Positions 18,305 to 30,554 of a DNA stretch of 64,000 bases are shown one piece after another. The number at the start of each line of letters is the position of its first letter. The stretch's first letter is position 1. Both the position numbers and the translations under genes were made by a program. The stretch is from Marsupella aquatica (Eukaryota > Plantae > Marchantiophyta). The notes under the pieces are model-generated. The model was not told the origin of the DNA and ran no database searches. It saw only the letters and a list, made by a program, of their open reading frames with translations. The DNA lies in NCBI GenBank assembly GCA_973895155.1, contig OZ316891.1, forward strand, positions 3,175,801-3,239,800, given 5' to 3'.

Positions 18305-18625
18305 ATGGCTCTTCTTGGGCTCATTACAAGCAGCTTGAAAATATTTTTCCCCAGTCCAAAATCTCCACATTTCACGCTCTTCTTGGGCTTATTAGAAGCA
18401 TATTGGAAGATAATGGCTGTTCTTGGGCTCATTGAAGCGTTTTTCCCCAGTCCAAAATCTCCAAATTTCATGCTCTTCTTGGGCTCATTAGAAGCATATT
18501 GGAAGATAATGGCTCTTCTTGGGCTCATTAGAAGCAGTTTGAAAATATTTTACAACCAGTCCAAAATCTCCAATTTTCATGCTCTTCTTGGGCTGATTAG
18601 AAGCTATTGGAAAGACTTTTTCAGA
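18305..18625. repeat. Tandem repeat, about 100 bp unit x3, with six TCTTGGGCT subunits
   Basis: Repeated GCTCTTCTTGGGCTCATTAGAAGC and CCAGTCCAAAATCTCCA. Confidence 0.9.
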
Positions 18626-19463
18626 CCAGTTGTATCTCTAATTTTGGTGCAAAATTAAACACTATAATATGTTATCCTCTCCAAAAGCTTCCATGCTGTG
18701 TTTATATACTTAAAACAAGAAGGAATATCACAGGGCAGTGAGACTAATTCCAGGGTTTACTATTTGCTATTTGCTTTTTCCAGTGAAATTTATTTTTTCT
18801 TTGGGTTAGTTTTGTTTTTTCTCCACAGTTTTTCTTTGTTTCAAAACTTTGGAGGGACGAAATGGGTGGGTAGAGGGAGACACTGGTGGGGAAGAGCAAA
18901 AGGAGAGGAAGGGAGGTTGTGGGGAGAGGAAAAGGAAAAAACTCAATGAGAAAAGAAAAAATGATAAATGTTATAGCTTGGAGCGACCATGCCTAGCTGG
19001 ATCCCATGATTTCTTAGCCTTGCTTGCATTTACTTTCCTCACTTGTAATTCTTTATCTTGTTTACATTTCTTTGCCTCACCTTATCATTTTTTTCCTTGT
19101 CTTTGACATACCATTGGGCTAGTGAGAGACTTATGAATCTCTAACGATGAGTCCATCACTTAGTGTCCACACTTCAAGCTTCTAAGAGTTTTGGGGGAGC
19201 TAGCTTTCAAATCTAGTATCCTACTCACATTCAATGGAGTCTGATTTTTTGGGGTTTTGTTAGAAAGAGAGTCATGGAAGATTTTTGCAATGAGCCTAAT
19301 ATAGTCAGATTCATTAAGAAATGACAGTCCCACAAGTTCTAAAAATGATATCTCATGAGAATAGCACATGTTACATGGATCATTGTTGGGGAGCTACAGT
19401 AGCTTTCACTCATCCCTATAATATGTGCTATATGAGATGTGCTATATGAGCAGAAAAGAGGCC

Positions 19464-19745
19464 TGGGCTGGGCTGCAAGCCATCCAGGTTGCAATAGCTT
19501 ATCCCAGCTATATATGAGCATTTTAGCAAACTTGAGTTCCATCTGGGCTTCAATGTCATGAGGGCTGGCTACAAGCCATCCAGGTTGCAATGGTATATCC
19601 CAGCTATATATGAGCATTTTAGTAAACTTGAGTTCCATCTGGGCTTCAATGTCGTCATAAACCCTAATCCGACGCTTCCGCTTTTGACAGATTGTCTCTC
19701 CCGCTCTCCCCTCTCTTCAAATCCTCCTGTGTCTCTCTCTTTCTC
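19464..19745 (+). promoter_or_regulatory. Putative Nup93 promoter: site II (TGGGCY) motifs, telo-box and CT-rich Y-patch
   Basis: TGGGCT at 19464, 19469, 19544 and 19640; AAACCCTAA at 19659-19667; pyrimidine-rich tract at 19695-19745. Confidence 0.5.
19465..19653. repeat. Near-identical tandem duplication, about 96 bp x2
   Basis: CAAGCCATCCAGGTTGCAAT...ATCCCAGCTATATATGAGCATTTTAG.AAACTTGAGTTCCATCTGGGCTTCAATGTC occurs twice. Confidence 0.92.
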
Positions 19746-20214
19746 GTGTTGAGATTTCGGTCCAGATGACTCCAATAGCTACAGTAGTAGATTGTAGAAT
19801 TGTCAAAGTCACATAAACCAGCGGAAGATCCGGATGGCTCTACAAGGCTGAGATGAGATCACACATGACTTGCTTCGCTGACGACAAGAGAGAGTTCCGT
19901 TCAGAGCAGAGGAGGGTTTAGTGAGTTGAGTTGATTTTCAACTCTTTTGGGACGCTCTATGAATGATTTGGAGCTCTGAGCGGGTGAAATTGGGTGTCGC
20001 TGATTGAGCACTTCTGGTGGACATCGACGACCTGCTCCGTGGTTTTGTAGCGAGTAGGTTGGATTGGTTTGGTTTGGGTCTTGGGGGATTGATTGGGAGA
20101 GAGTTTCATTTGGTGCATTACTGGAGCTGGCAATTGGAGATTGATTGTACATAAGAGTTTTGTTGAAGTTGAAAGGTGGAGCTGCTTTGACGAGGACGCA
20201 GCAGCAGCAGCGCA

Positions 20215-23200
20215 ATGGCGGGTGACACTGACATGCGGAGCTGGGCAGACTTACTGCATAATTCTTCCCAGCTGCTGCATTCGTCGACGCCTTCTGCTCA
20301 GTTCCCTCCAATTCAGGTATTGGACATTGCCAGCGCCATCCCTCTCCTTCGGACTGTTACTCGGCTGTATGCATTGCGTTTGGATTAAACACTGTTCGGA
20401 GCTTAGGCAATGCCACCAAAGGTAGTCACTCATCGCTGGATTATGAAGCCGTTTATCAGGAGATGGAACCATGCATTCACCTGCACCTAATTCTGGGGCT
20501 AGGATCTTGGGCGGTAGATTTTGCATTGTCCAGTGGTTCAAATTGAAAGCATGCGTTTTTCTTTAGTACCAGACTCACAAGCCACTCTACATACTTTGAC
20601 GATGACATGCTTCGTCATGGACATCAGCGACATTGATCCACTAGGTTGCGGAGCTTAACATAAATTTTTCGCTGAAATTAGGAATCGCTGGGTTCGAATT
20701 TTCGAGTTTGGAACAAAATTATTACGCATGAGTTTCCAATTTGTGTCAAGAAAGCAAAGTTGGAAATGTTTTCATGCATAGGAGTTTCTCAGACTGTAAT
20801 TTGAATTTTGACTTGTAATGGAACAACATTAGGTTCAGCCAAATGCTGTGCTGTTGCTCGTATTTATGAGAGTTGTACTGTTTTGGTGAGAACAGAGAAG
20901 TCTCGATCAGTTGGAGGTGCTGTCCCGTCAGCTGAAAGCCAGAACATCCCGTTTTGAGACTCCAAACGAAACTCTTGCTGCTACGAGGTAAGGAAAATTG
21001 TGACAGTGCAGTAACAGTATTCTATGTAGAAGAATCTTGTGATTGTTGGGCTCTTCTATAATTCCGTTTCAATGGTGGCTTATTTTCGCTATCGTAATAT
21101 GGCCGTGTGCAATTAGTTAATTTTTTCTCCAGCCCGGGATTTCCCTAGTGAGAAATGTGACTTTTCCCTGAAGTCCTGCAATATTTCTCCTCTGTACAGG
21201 TTGCTAGCAAGAGAAGGGATCAATGCGGAACAGCTCACAAGAGATTTAAAGTCCTTCGAGCTCAAGGTAGGTTTCATTTCACCTCCTTCTTGGTAGGACT
21301 CGTAGTCAATATCTGCATCAGACATTTCTGTGTGGTGGCCCCGCCATTTTCTCTTGATACCATGTGTTGTATGAGGTAGATGTGCTTATGGGATACTTGT
21401 CCCTTGGTAATGATTATTCCATGACATGTTTTGTCGCAGACAACGTTCGAGGACGTCTTTCCCGTGGAGGCTACCAGTGTGGAAGAGTATGTACAGCAGG
21501 TGAGAGTCACTTTCTTCCTTCTGTCTATTTTCCACGGGAGAAGTCAGGAGCTGGCTTTCACAGAGCGACGATTTCAGAATTTGTTATTTGACAGCTCAAG
21601 TCGATTTACTTGTCGTATAGCTCTGGGCCCTGAAACTGAAGTTCTTTTCCCTGTTTTACTGCTGAATTGGGGCATACTTTCCAATACAGGTGCATGAAAT
21701 GTCTATGCTGTCAGCAATTCAGGAAGCACAGAAAGACAACGTTCGAAACTTTGATGACTATATGATGAAGCTAATGGAGGTAGACGATTTTGGCTTTCCT
21801 CCTTTATTGTACAATGAGAGTGTACTTCATCTTCCTCCTGTCAGTTGTCTGATTTTAGTTTTGTAAACATTTTCCACCATCACCGTATTGAACAAAACTT
21901 TTTGTCTCTTATTTATTTTGTAGGAGGATTGGCAGAAAGAAAAGCGCGAATTCCTGAATAATTTGAGTCGGCTGCCGTTCGCGTCATCTGCAAGTTCAGA
22001 AGGAACTCCCTCAGCTCTGCAGCGACAAACTTCTCGGAGTCCAGCGAGTGCGTTGCGAGCACCTCCAGAATCACGCACCCTCGAGTACACGTCGGTAGCC
22101 CAAAGATCCATTTTGGAGAAGAAGGCAGCACTTTATGCTGAGGCAGTGGTCCAGCTAAATGTGGCAAGAGAACGGGGTTTGCCTTATAAGGTCAGACTGC
22201 TGAGCTCGTTGAAAGCTGTCTTTGTTTGTAAATAACGTAACCTTCTTCCTAATCAAATCAACCACTTCAGTTCAACAAATGAAACCAGTCGATTAGCACG
22301 GTTGCCGTAAGACTAGTGCTTTGTCATTTGTTTGTTCGGTGCTTTTGATGAATTGAAGGCTGGGGCGATCTCCAACTTGTGGTTTCGGCATTCTTGTGGT
22401 GTTAAGATGACAGTCGCATGGGTGCCTTATTTGCAAAAAATATGGAAAGTATTCTTGGACACTAGTAGGCAAGTTTAAGTTGTCAACATTTCTGACAAGA
22501 TGGTCGCTTCAGGTTGCCACAGCATCAAGAACAGCTTATGATGGGGTAGCAGGTGAAACTGCCAACTCAAAGTCAGTAAACATGGCGAAGATTTGGCACC
22601 TCCTGCAGGTCAGCAATTACGAACCTGGATTGATGTTGTTTCTTCTAGTTAAGTAGTGAGCTATGTGGCTCTCTGGAATTATCAAAAGTTTCTGTTAGTT
22701 TTCGGTTTGACGACTTTCACATCATACAACATGTGATTGACAGAGTGGAAAGGACTTGGCATTACCCATTGAAAATTTGATAGTGTCTAATGTTACAGAG
22801 ACTTATTTTGATATGGGAATGCTCGTCTTCTAGGCACTTTTAGGGGAAGATATGGACCGACACAGCGCTTCAACGAAGAAGATGGCTATGGTTGCTGGTG
22901 CCAGGCGTCATTTAGAGGCAGGCCATGAAAAGTTCATCTTGGATACAATTCAAAGCCATGCAGCACAGGTAAATGCGAACATTATTCGATATACTGCTGG
23001 GGATATCAAATGCTCACTTTGTGAACCAAAATTACTATGCTGGATAGTCTTCAATTGCAGTGGAGTTGCGAAAACTTACACGTCTCTATTCTGCTGAAAG
23101 TATTGTTTATTGTCAAATCATGTAGGCAGCTCTTGGAGGATCAACTGGAAACTTGCGCCGTATCAGAGCTTTTCTCCGGGTATGGAGTAGTGTATTGCGC

Positions 23201-26200
23201 TATGATTAGATTAGGCTGCAATTTTTTTTTAAGTTGATTCTGCCAACAACCAAGTCGATTATTGCAAGTTGGCTGTAAATGGTGGCTGAAATCAAATACT
23301 AGTGTCTAGGTATCATCTAAACGGGCGTTTACATATGTCACTAGTTCTGCTCGTGTTCTCACCATTGGCAATAGGTTAAACAGAGCAGCTCTTTAACCTT
23401 TTCTGTTTCTCAATATCGTCATGCAGGTTCGACTCAGGGATCATGGACCTTTAGATTTTGACTCTACAGATGTGCGGAGGCAGCCCCCAATGGATACCAC
23501 GTGGCATCAGGTACTTGCCAATATAGGAGTGGTCCCTCGATTAGTGAATCCTATTTTCCATTTCTCTTCTCTAGAACTGAGCCCCCTGGCCGATGGAGTA
23601 AAGAGGCGGGTTGAGCATAACTTGTGAGGAAAGGGCCTACAATGATGGATTGCTGAATTTTTAGTGGGTGCACGACGGATTTTGTCTTTGGTTCATGGTA
23701 AGATTTACTGTAGTTGATGAAGAAAATAGCTATGTATCAGCACCGAAGGTTGTTCTGAGTCATTTTTTCGGTTTTCTCCAGATTTACTTCTGCATGCGTA
23801 CTGGCTATTACGATGAAGCTCAACAGGTTGCACAGTGTTCAAGAGTTAGTAGGTCCTTTGCTCCCCAGGTACCGTGTCCAGACCTGCCGCTTGTCTTCCC
23901 ATGATCTTCTGGAAGCTGTTCTGAGAGTTGACAGTGTCTAAAGGGTGGCGCTCTGCCCTCATTCTTTAGTATGCAAACTTCAAGTGGTTTGAGCCAAATT
24001 CTGTAACTTCTCCATGGAAGATATGTGGTGACTACACTCTGTTTTCTGATTGCGACGAAGATCAAGGCGTTGGTCTATTACGTTGCTCTTGTAATTTTCA
24101 TCTGTCATTCATGCCATGTTAGACTGATACCAATGCTGTCACCAGTTGGCGGAGTGGATCGCAAATGGAGGAAACGTTTCCTCTGCCACTGCTGCGGCGG
24201 TGACCGAGGAGTGTGAAAGGATGGCTAGAATAGGAGATAGGCCAGGGAGACCAGGATATGACAAAAAGAAAATGTTGCTCTATGCAATCGTGTCAGGCAG
24301 TCGGTTGCAAGGTGATAGATTACTGCGGGATATTCCGGTGCTTTTTACTACTATTGAAGATTTCTTGTGGTTCAAACTTGCGATGGTACGTGATACAAGC
24401 CAATCTCCCAGCGCAGGACTGTCTCAACAAAGTATGCCTCTTTACACGCTCGAAGATCTACAAAATTACTTGGTCAAATTTGAGCCCTCTTACTATACCA
24501 AAAACGGTAAAGATCCTCTAGTATACCCTTATGTACTTCTATTAAGCTTGCAACTCCATGCGGCAATAGCGTATATAATGAAGGAAGGGAATGGTGGTGA
24601 AGGCTATCCTGTAGATGCTGTACACATTGCTATTGCCTTGGCCGATCATGGAGTTCTATCCGAAGGCCTGGAAGGTGCACAGAAGTTAGGATCAATGGAT
24701 GCTGTTTCAGAGGTAGCTAGTATTATTCGACAGTATGGTCTCTCATATGTCAGACAAGGAAATTTGGGTCTCGCCTTGGAATACTATGTCCAGGCGGCTG
24801 CTGCCGTAGGGGGTGGGGCAATATCATGGACTGGTACGAGCAGCAGTGGGCAACAGCGACAACGCCAGCTCATGCTTAGGCAACTTCTCATAGAACTCCT
24901 GCTCCGAGATGGAGGAATAGCTCTCCTCCTTGGGCCAACTGGAAGTAATTCAGGTGGTGCATTGAAAAGGTTCCTTCCCGACCCACAGGCTCAGCATCAT
25001 CTATTGCTGGATGCAGCTCGCCAATGTCAAGAGTCCGGGCTTTATGACCGGGTATGTTATCCCAAAGTTGTATTGAGTGATATGATCTCTCGTAAAGAGA
25101 CATTTAGTGTTGTTCATTTTGAGTTTAATTGCTTAATTACGTTTAAAGTTAGATTCGAATTCTGACCCGTCAGCTCTAATCGGGTGAAGGCACATGTGGC
25201 TCGTGTTGAAGTAATCTTGTTGGGACGCGATGCAGGCAGTTGAGTTGTTGAAAGAGATTGGAGCTTACGCGATGGCCCTTGAGATCATTAATCAACGGCT
25301 ATCTGATGCCATTTCTGCCATGGTCAGTGGCCGGCTCGATGGAGAGACAAAGATTACGGGACTGGTCTTGAGTGGCAATGAGGTGCTGGAAGCACAAAAA
25401 GCAGGCGTTTCCAGGTTTGTGTCCCTCATCGATGCATTATTAGCGCGAGGACATTTGATGGTTTGCAGCACTGATATGCCATCTAGGCTAAATGGATTAA
25501 TGAGCTTACTGGAAGTCTAATCGAGTGTCTTCAGCAAAAAGGTCTCGGACCCAGTGCATCTTTGACAAAACAGTAGCAAATACGTTGCGCCAGTATCAGT
25601 GTAGGGCCCCCCTCCCGCTGACAGCTTGTCGATATAGTTTTGCTCTTATGAGTTCATAAAGGAGTCTCCAGATGCATGCAACTATTTGAGTTGGTGAGAT
25701 GGTTCTCTGTGCTTGGGTTCAAGTGAAGACATTTCTCATTGCCTTCAGCGTGTAGTTTTAACTGATTCAGCTGTCTTGAGTTTGGATAAGGAAACTCTGG
25801 TGTAGTGCAAGGATGAAATATCGTTACTTCCTTACGATAATGCAACCATTGCTAGTTGGAATTTCCAGGTCACTGACCCACTTAAACCCAATAGTGTTGA
25901 TAAGTGGACCTGATGATTCTGGATAAACCACCATCCTTTTCATACTGGTAATCTGAAGTACCAGCTTTGAATTTTATTTATGAGTTCAGTGTCCAGCGGA
26001 TAGATGAGACTAAACAGCCTTTCTAGTTTTCATGTGTCACTGTGTGAATGGTTTCAGGACAGTCTCTTCACTTTCGAGAGTTCTTCATGCCTACTCGGTC
26101 ACAAAGTAGAAGTATTTTATCTGTCATTGGCACTTTCTCGCCTCCATGTGTTAGTAAGCTTGTTTTTCGACGTTCGATTGTTTTCCATTTTGTCTTCTCA

Positions 26201-27153
26201 TGACGCTTACCTGCAATTCCCGGATATTCTAGAGGCTGGTACTCTCCTTTGTTACCGGGGCGATGTTTGACGGGTTAGAAATTGAGTTAGTATTCCTTTA
26301 AGTTGGGCGTTGTGTAAGTGCACGATCGTCTGGGTAGCTTCATATTTGTTGAGTGAAACGTCCAGCGCATTGTTCTACTCGGAACTATAATAGTTTAGCT
26401 CACTACTGACCTATGAAAGGCTATCTGCTTATGACTAGAACTGAGTTGGGTCGTTTTAGCGAACGGATGTTGAGCTCTGTTGTTGGGTCAAGTTGTTTTG
26501 TACATTCTTGTGATTCAGGATAAAGTCTAAGGAACTTTTGGACTTATGTTTTGGTGGTTGACTCATTAACCAGTGTGCAAGATCGGGATCAAGTCTCGGA
26601 GCAGCAATCAGCATTCAGACAGCTGGAATCAGTTCTCATTTTTCACAAGTACGCAAGGTCATCCCGTTATGGTGATGCATTAAGGGAGCTCTCAAAGTTG
26701 TCTTTTCTCCCACTGGACACTCGTGCACCTGAGAGAACTGCAGAAGCACTGCGTGCAACACCGCTTTCTGTTCAATCATGCATCCCGGATCTTTTAAAGG
26801 TTGCTATCACATGCTTGGACAACGTCCCTGACACAGATGGGTCTGTCCGTCTTCTAAAGACAAAGGTACGGTCACGAAGAGGACTGTTTGGTTTCCCTGA
26901 CTGATGTGTTAGACGTAGTTGGACTTTGAAAATTCTGTCCGTCTGTGAGAATGGGAGCTATATTTCATAGAAAGCTCTGTATATGGTTCAAAATGCACAC
27001 TGCAGTCCAAGCCATAGTAGACCAGTGGCGTGTTACACAATGTCTTACTAACACGGCATTCGGTCTTGAATGCAGATTGCCAATTTTGTTGCCAATTCAT
27101 TGCCGAGGAATCTACCCCAGGACTTATACGAGAAAGTTGCCCGCATGCTGTGA
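20215..27153 (+). CDS. NUP93: Nuclear pore complex protein Nup93/Nic96, 862 aa; exons 20215-20316, 20896-20987, 21200-21266, 21440-21499, 21690-21779, 21924-22190, 22513-22608, 22834-22968, 23126-23179, 23427-23510, 23782-23868, 24146-25051, 25236-25414, 26574-26865, 27076-27153
   Basis: The spliced frame is open (2589 nt): WADLLHNSSQLL...QFPPIQRSLDQLE, RLLAREGINAEQL, KTTFEDVFPVEATSVEEY, IYFCMRTG, TIEDFLWFKL, YYTKNGKDPLVYPYVLLLS. All introns are GT-AG. Confidence 0.95.
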
Positions 27154-29219
27154 AAGGAATTTTGACCGCTGTATCATATAATTTTGGGCAGAGTACTAGG
27201 GGGCCCTCGTGAGATTTTCGTGTTGGTGCACGTGTACCATTTGTCATAAGCTCTGAAAGTTACACGGGACGGAGGAGGTGGGTAGGGGTATACCTGACAT
27301 GGCATTCTTAGATAATTCAATCATTTTGGTCTCCTAACTTGTGCATTTCACTATTCTTAGATCTTAGGGAACCAGTTAACATAGCATGCAGGACTCGATT
27401 GTATCAGTCCACTTTACACGAGTACATTAAGGAAACTGGCCATTTTTTATTGATCGTTCCAGATTCATCCCGAACTTTGTGGGCCTGGCTGTTATGTCGT
27501 GCAAAGAGCTCCACTGAACTCCGCATGCTGTCTCTAGAACACCCCTTTTTGGATAAACGTTTGTTGAAGAAGTGTCCTTTTCTCTGCTCAAGGGTTTCTT
27601 CTTTTGCCTTGGAATGTCTCGGAATCTGTGCAAAAGGTCTTCATGACTCCATCCCGACTTCGGAAGTGTCTATGTGGTATATGGAAATGATCCTCGCCGA
27701 CATACTTCGATCTGGAGGGATCACGAGAGACGAGGATGAATTGTGAAAAAAACTGTTAGCCTTTGTGACCAAAGCCTGGAAACAAAAGAAAATTTGACTA
27801 AAGACATGCACTTTTGTGAATTGTGTGCAGTAACGGCCAAGACTCCACAATCTGGACTCACACAACTTGTAAGCCTTTCAACGAGGCTCAGCTTTGTAGT
27901 ATTACTTCTTCCCACGGATAATAAACCAAGAAAGACCACAACAAATCAACACGAGAAGACTTGCTTCATCCAAAACGAGACTTCTCTAAACTAACGATAC
28001 ATAAAAGCCCTCGTAGGCCCCGCGCATCAATCTCTCCAAACACACGCTGCAGGCATGATTTGCTTCAACCAAAAGAGACTTTACTAAACTAACCTCTACT
28101 TGTACTGACATACCACTACAAAAGGCCTTCCTGGCCGGTCCACCAAACATTATAGGTAGGCTGTCTGTGGTTGCGAGCTTCGGGTTCTACGACAGGTTGT
28201 TGGAATGGCAGTTTTATTGCAATAATATCGCTCTTAGTGCTCCAGTGACTCCGCTGATCCATTCTCATTGCAACTACACATGTTGTGCAGCATGCGTGCC
28301 GACGACGCGGTTCAATATAATCTCCCTCTACTTATGTACAGCAATTTGTTTCCAATCTGTATTGACAAGAGGCTTGGGTAGGTGATTCATATCTTGTGGA
28401 GTTAAAAGTTTTGGTCTTTCCGTTTTGGTGGGGTGCTCTTTCGCGAGGAATCTTCGGATTCACAATGAAAGTCCTCAATATTGTGACGAGCGTTTAGGGT
28501 AAAGTACGACTCGAACCCAAAAAAAGCTTCTAGTTCATAGTGCGCTACTCCCAAGCTCGCTCCACACATCGTGAGTGAGAGGAAACCAGGAGACACCTGC
28601 CGTACAAATTGCTTAGCAGGAGCCACTGGCCCGCAGGCTGCTTGCAGCTGTGACGCTGTTCATGCTTGTATCGCCAATCGCAGTGGTAACTCTCTGCTCA
28701 TGCTTGTTTCATTCATGTTTCATTCAGTTTTTCCAAGCGCAACGAATGGCTTGGCAATTTGCAGTGCTTTTTTCCGAACGATTATTTTTTGTGAAGGACC
28801 CGCTGGTGAGAGTGGATGTTGGCAATTATAAATTCAATCAATCGAAAGCAGGTAGGAACGCTTCTGTTTTCAAATTGAGGATCGATGATAACCTGAGGAA
28901 CGAATGTTGGAAGCATACGAGTTCGAGAGAACTGATTGAGATCCCTAGAAACTAGAGGTTTGGGATTTCAGAAGGTCGCCGAACTTAGCAATGTCTAGAG
29001 CACCGACTTTCTGTACATTGTAGAGCTGACATATCATCAAATTAAAAAATCGAGCATTCGTCGAAGTGGTCTGAGTGGGCAGACTACAATAACTTCAGAA
29101 TGCACACTGACAGCACATGATGAATTAGATTGAATCGAGACCGATGTCACGAAGCTCTTTTGATCAGCACTAATTTCTGAAACGCATTACAGTTGAGCTT
29201 CTTATTCCCTCGTGAGCTC

Positions 29220-29365
29220 TGATTTGTGCAATATCACCTTCAGCTTGGAGGATCAAGCGCAGCTACAATATCACCTTCAGCTTGGAGGATATGTGCAATT
29301 CGAAGGTGCACCTTCAGCTTGGAGGATTTGTGCAATTCGGCTTGGAGGATCAAGCGCAGCTACAG
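29220..29365. repeat. Mosaic short repeat built from CACCTTCAGCTTGGAGGAT, GTGCAATT and CAAGCGCAGCTACA modules
   Basis: GCTTGGAGGAT occurs four times with alternating downstream modules. Confidence 0.85.
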
Positions 29366-30554
29366 TGGTCTAGCGTCTAGTTAGAGAGGCAGAGAGGAAA
29401 GATTCAGGCCTCCGTTGAAAGTTCTGGACTTGATTCAATGTTGGAGACTGTTGTTTGCAATTCTTGTGTGCGGTCACTACTCGGATCATGCTCAATGATG
29501 TTAAGAGGATGTTTGGTGTGGTGATTACAGCTGTGGACGACACTGGCTAGAGTCGAAACCCGGGTTGCTGATGCAGGCATAGAGAACTCGAAGTCTGCGT
29601 CTTAGTGGTAGTCGTTACACGTCAGTGGCGAACTACTTCTACAAGAAGCCACCCGGTGTTCTTCGCTAAGCAAAGGGTTGTCATACACTCAGAGGTACTG
29701 CACTTGAGCATTCTATTCTGGAAGTTAGAGCTAAGCGAAGTGTTGATTGAGAAAAGCATCTTTGATGCAACCTTCCCTCAATAAGGTTATTTTGTTCATC
29801 TTCAATCTGTCACGTTACTCTTTACGCAACTCTCTTGGATTCATTAGTAGAGGATTGTGTGGCAAATCTGCCTCCAGCTCGAGTTTCGTATCTAAGAGAA
29901 CCTGCAAAGACTATCTTACCTCCCACGCCACCGTCATCATCAGCTCACGACAGCAACGAGATCCTTTCGATGTGAGTTCCTAACAGTATCAGAGAGGACG
30001 TAATCAATTGGCAACTTTAGATGCCGATCGCTACTATGGGACTCTCAGAGAAAATCCAGGCAGGACAGACGAGGACCATACCAAGCCTTTGGGGCAAGTA
30101 GGCAGAATGAAAGATTGAATGATTGCTTTGAAAGGTCAATATTTTTGTGGTAGCACCCTCTTGGGGCATTTGACCTTCCGTCCAACTCGATCCTTAAATC
30201 TGAACAGTTCAATTCTGTGTACACCAGATTTCTCTTTGTTTGCAAGGCTTAGCTTAACGTTTGAGGCAGAAATGAACAAATGAATGAGTGTTTGTGAACA
30301 GCCTTCATGCCCTTTACGTTCGTAGAACTCCTTTTGGGGCATTTAAAGTCCCATCCGACGCTCGTGTTGGAATTTGAGGTCTTCAGTTCTCCATCCATCA
30401 GACATTTTCCTGAACAAAGTGTAACTGACATTAGAGTTTTAGTCCATTCTGTGTGCATCAGGTTATACTTCAACGGGTAGGGACACAAGGCGCATTCTCT
30501 CCTCTCTAGGCTCACAACCTTGCAATTGGCTGCAACGGAGCAACTGTAGAAGAC

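Noticed and set aside
18182-18658. 158-aa hydrophobic repeat ORF
   Set aside because: Translation of the 100-bp tandem repeat; non-ATG start.
27339-28955. Cluster of 70-135 aa ORFs between Nup93 and the peptidase
   Set aside because: No consistent spliced frame or domain; likely UTR and promoter sequence.
29220-29365. CRISPR-like repeat-spacer appearance (also 55925-56130)
   Set aside because: Spacers are themselves repeated or homologous, repeats are short or degenerate, the context is eukaryotic, and there are no cas genes.
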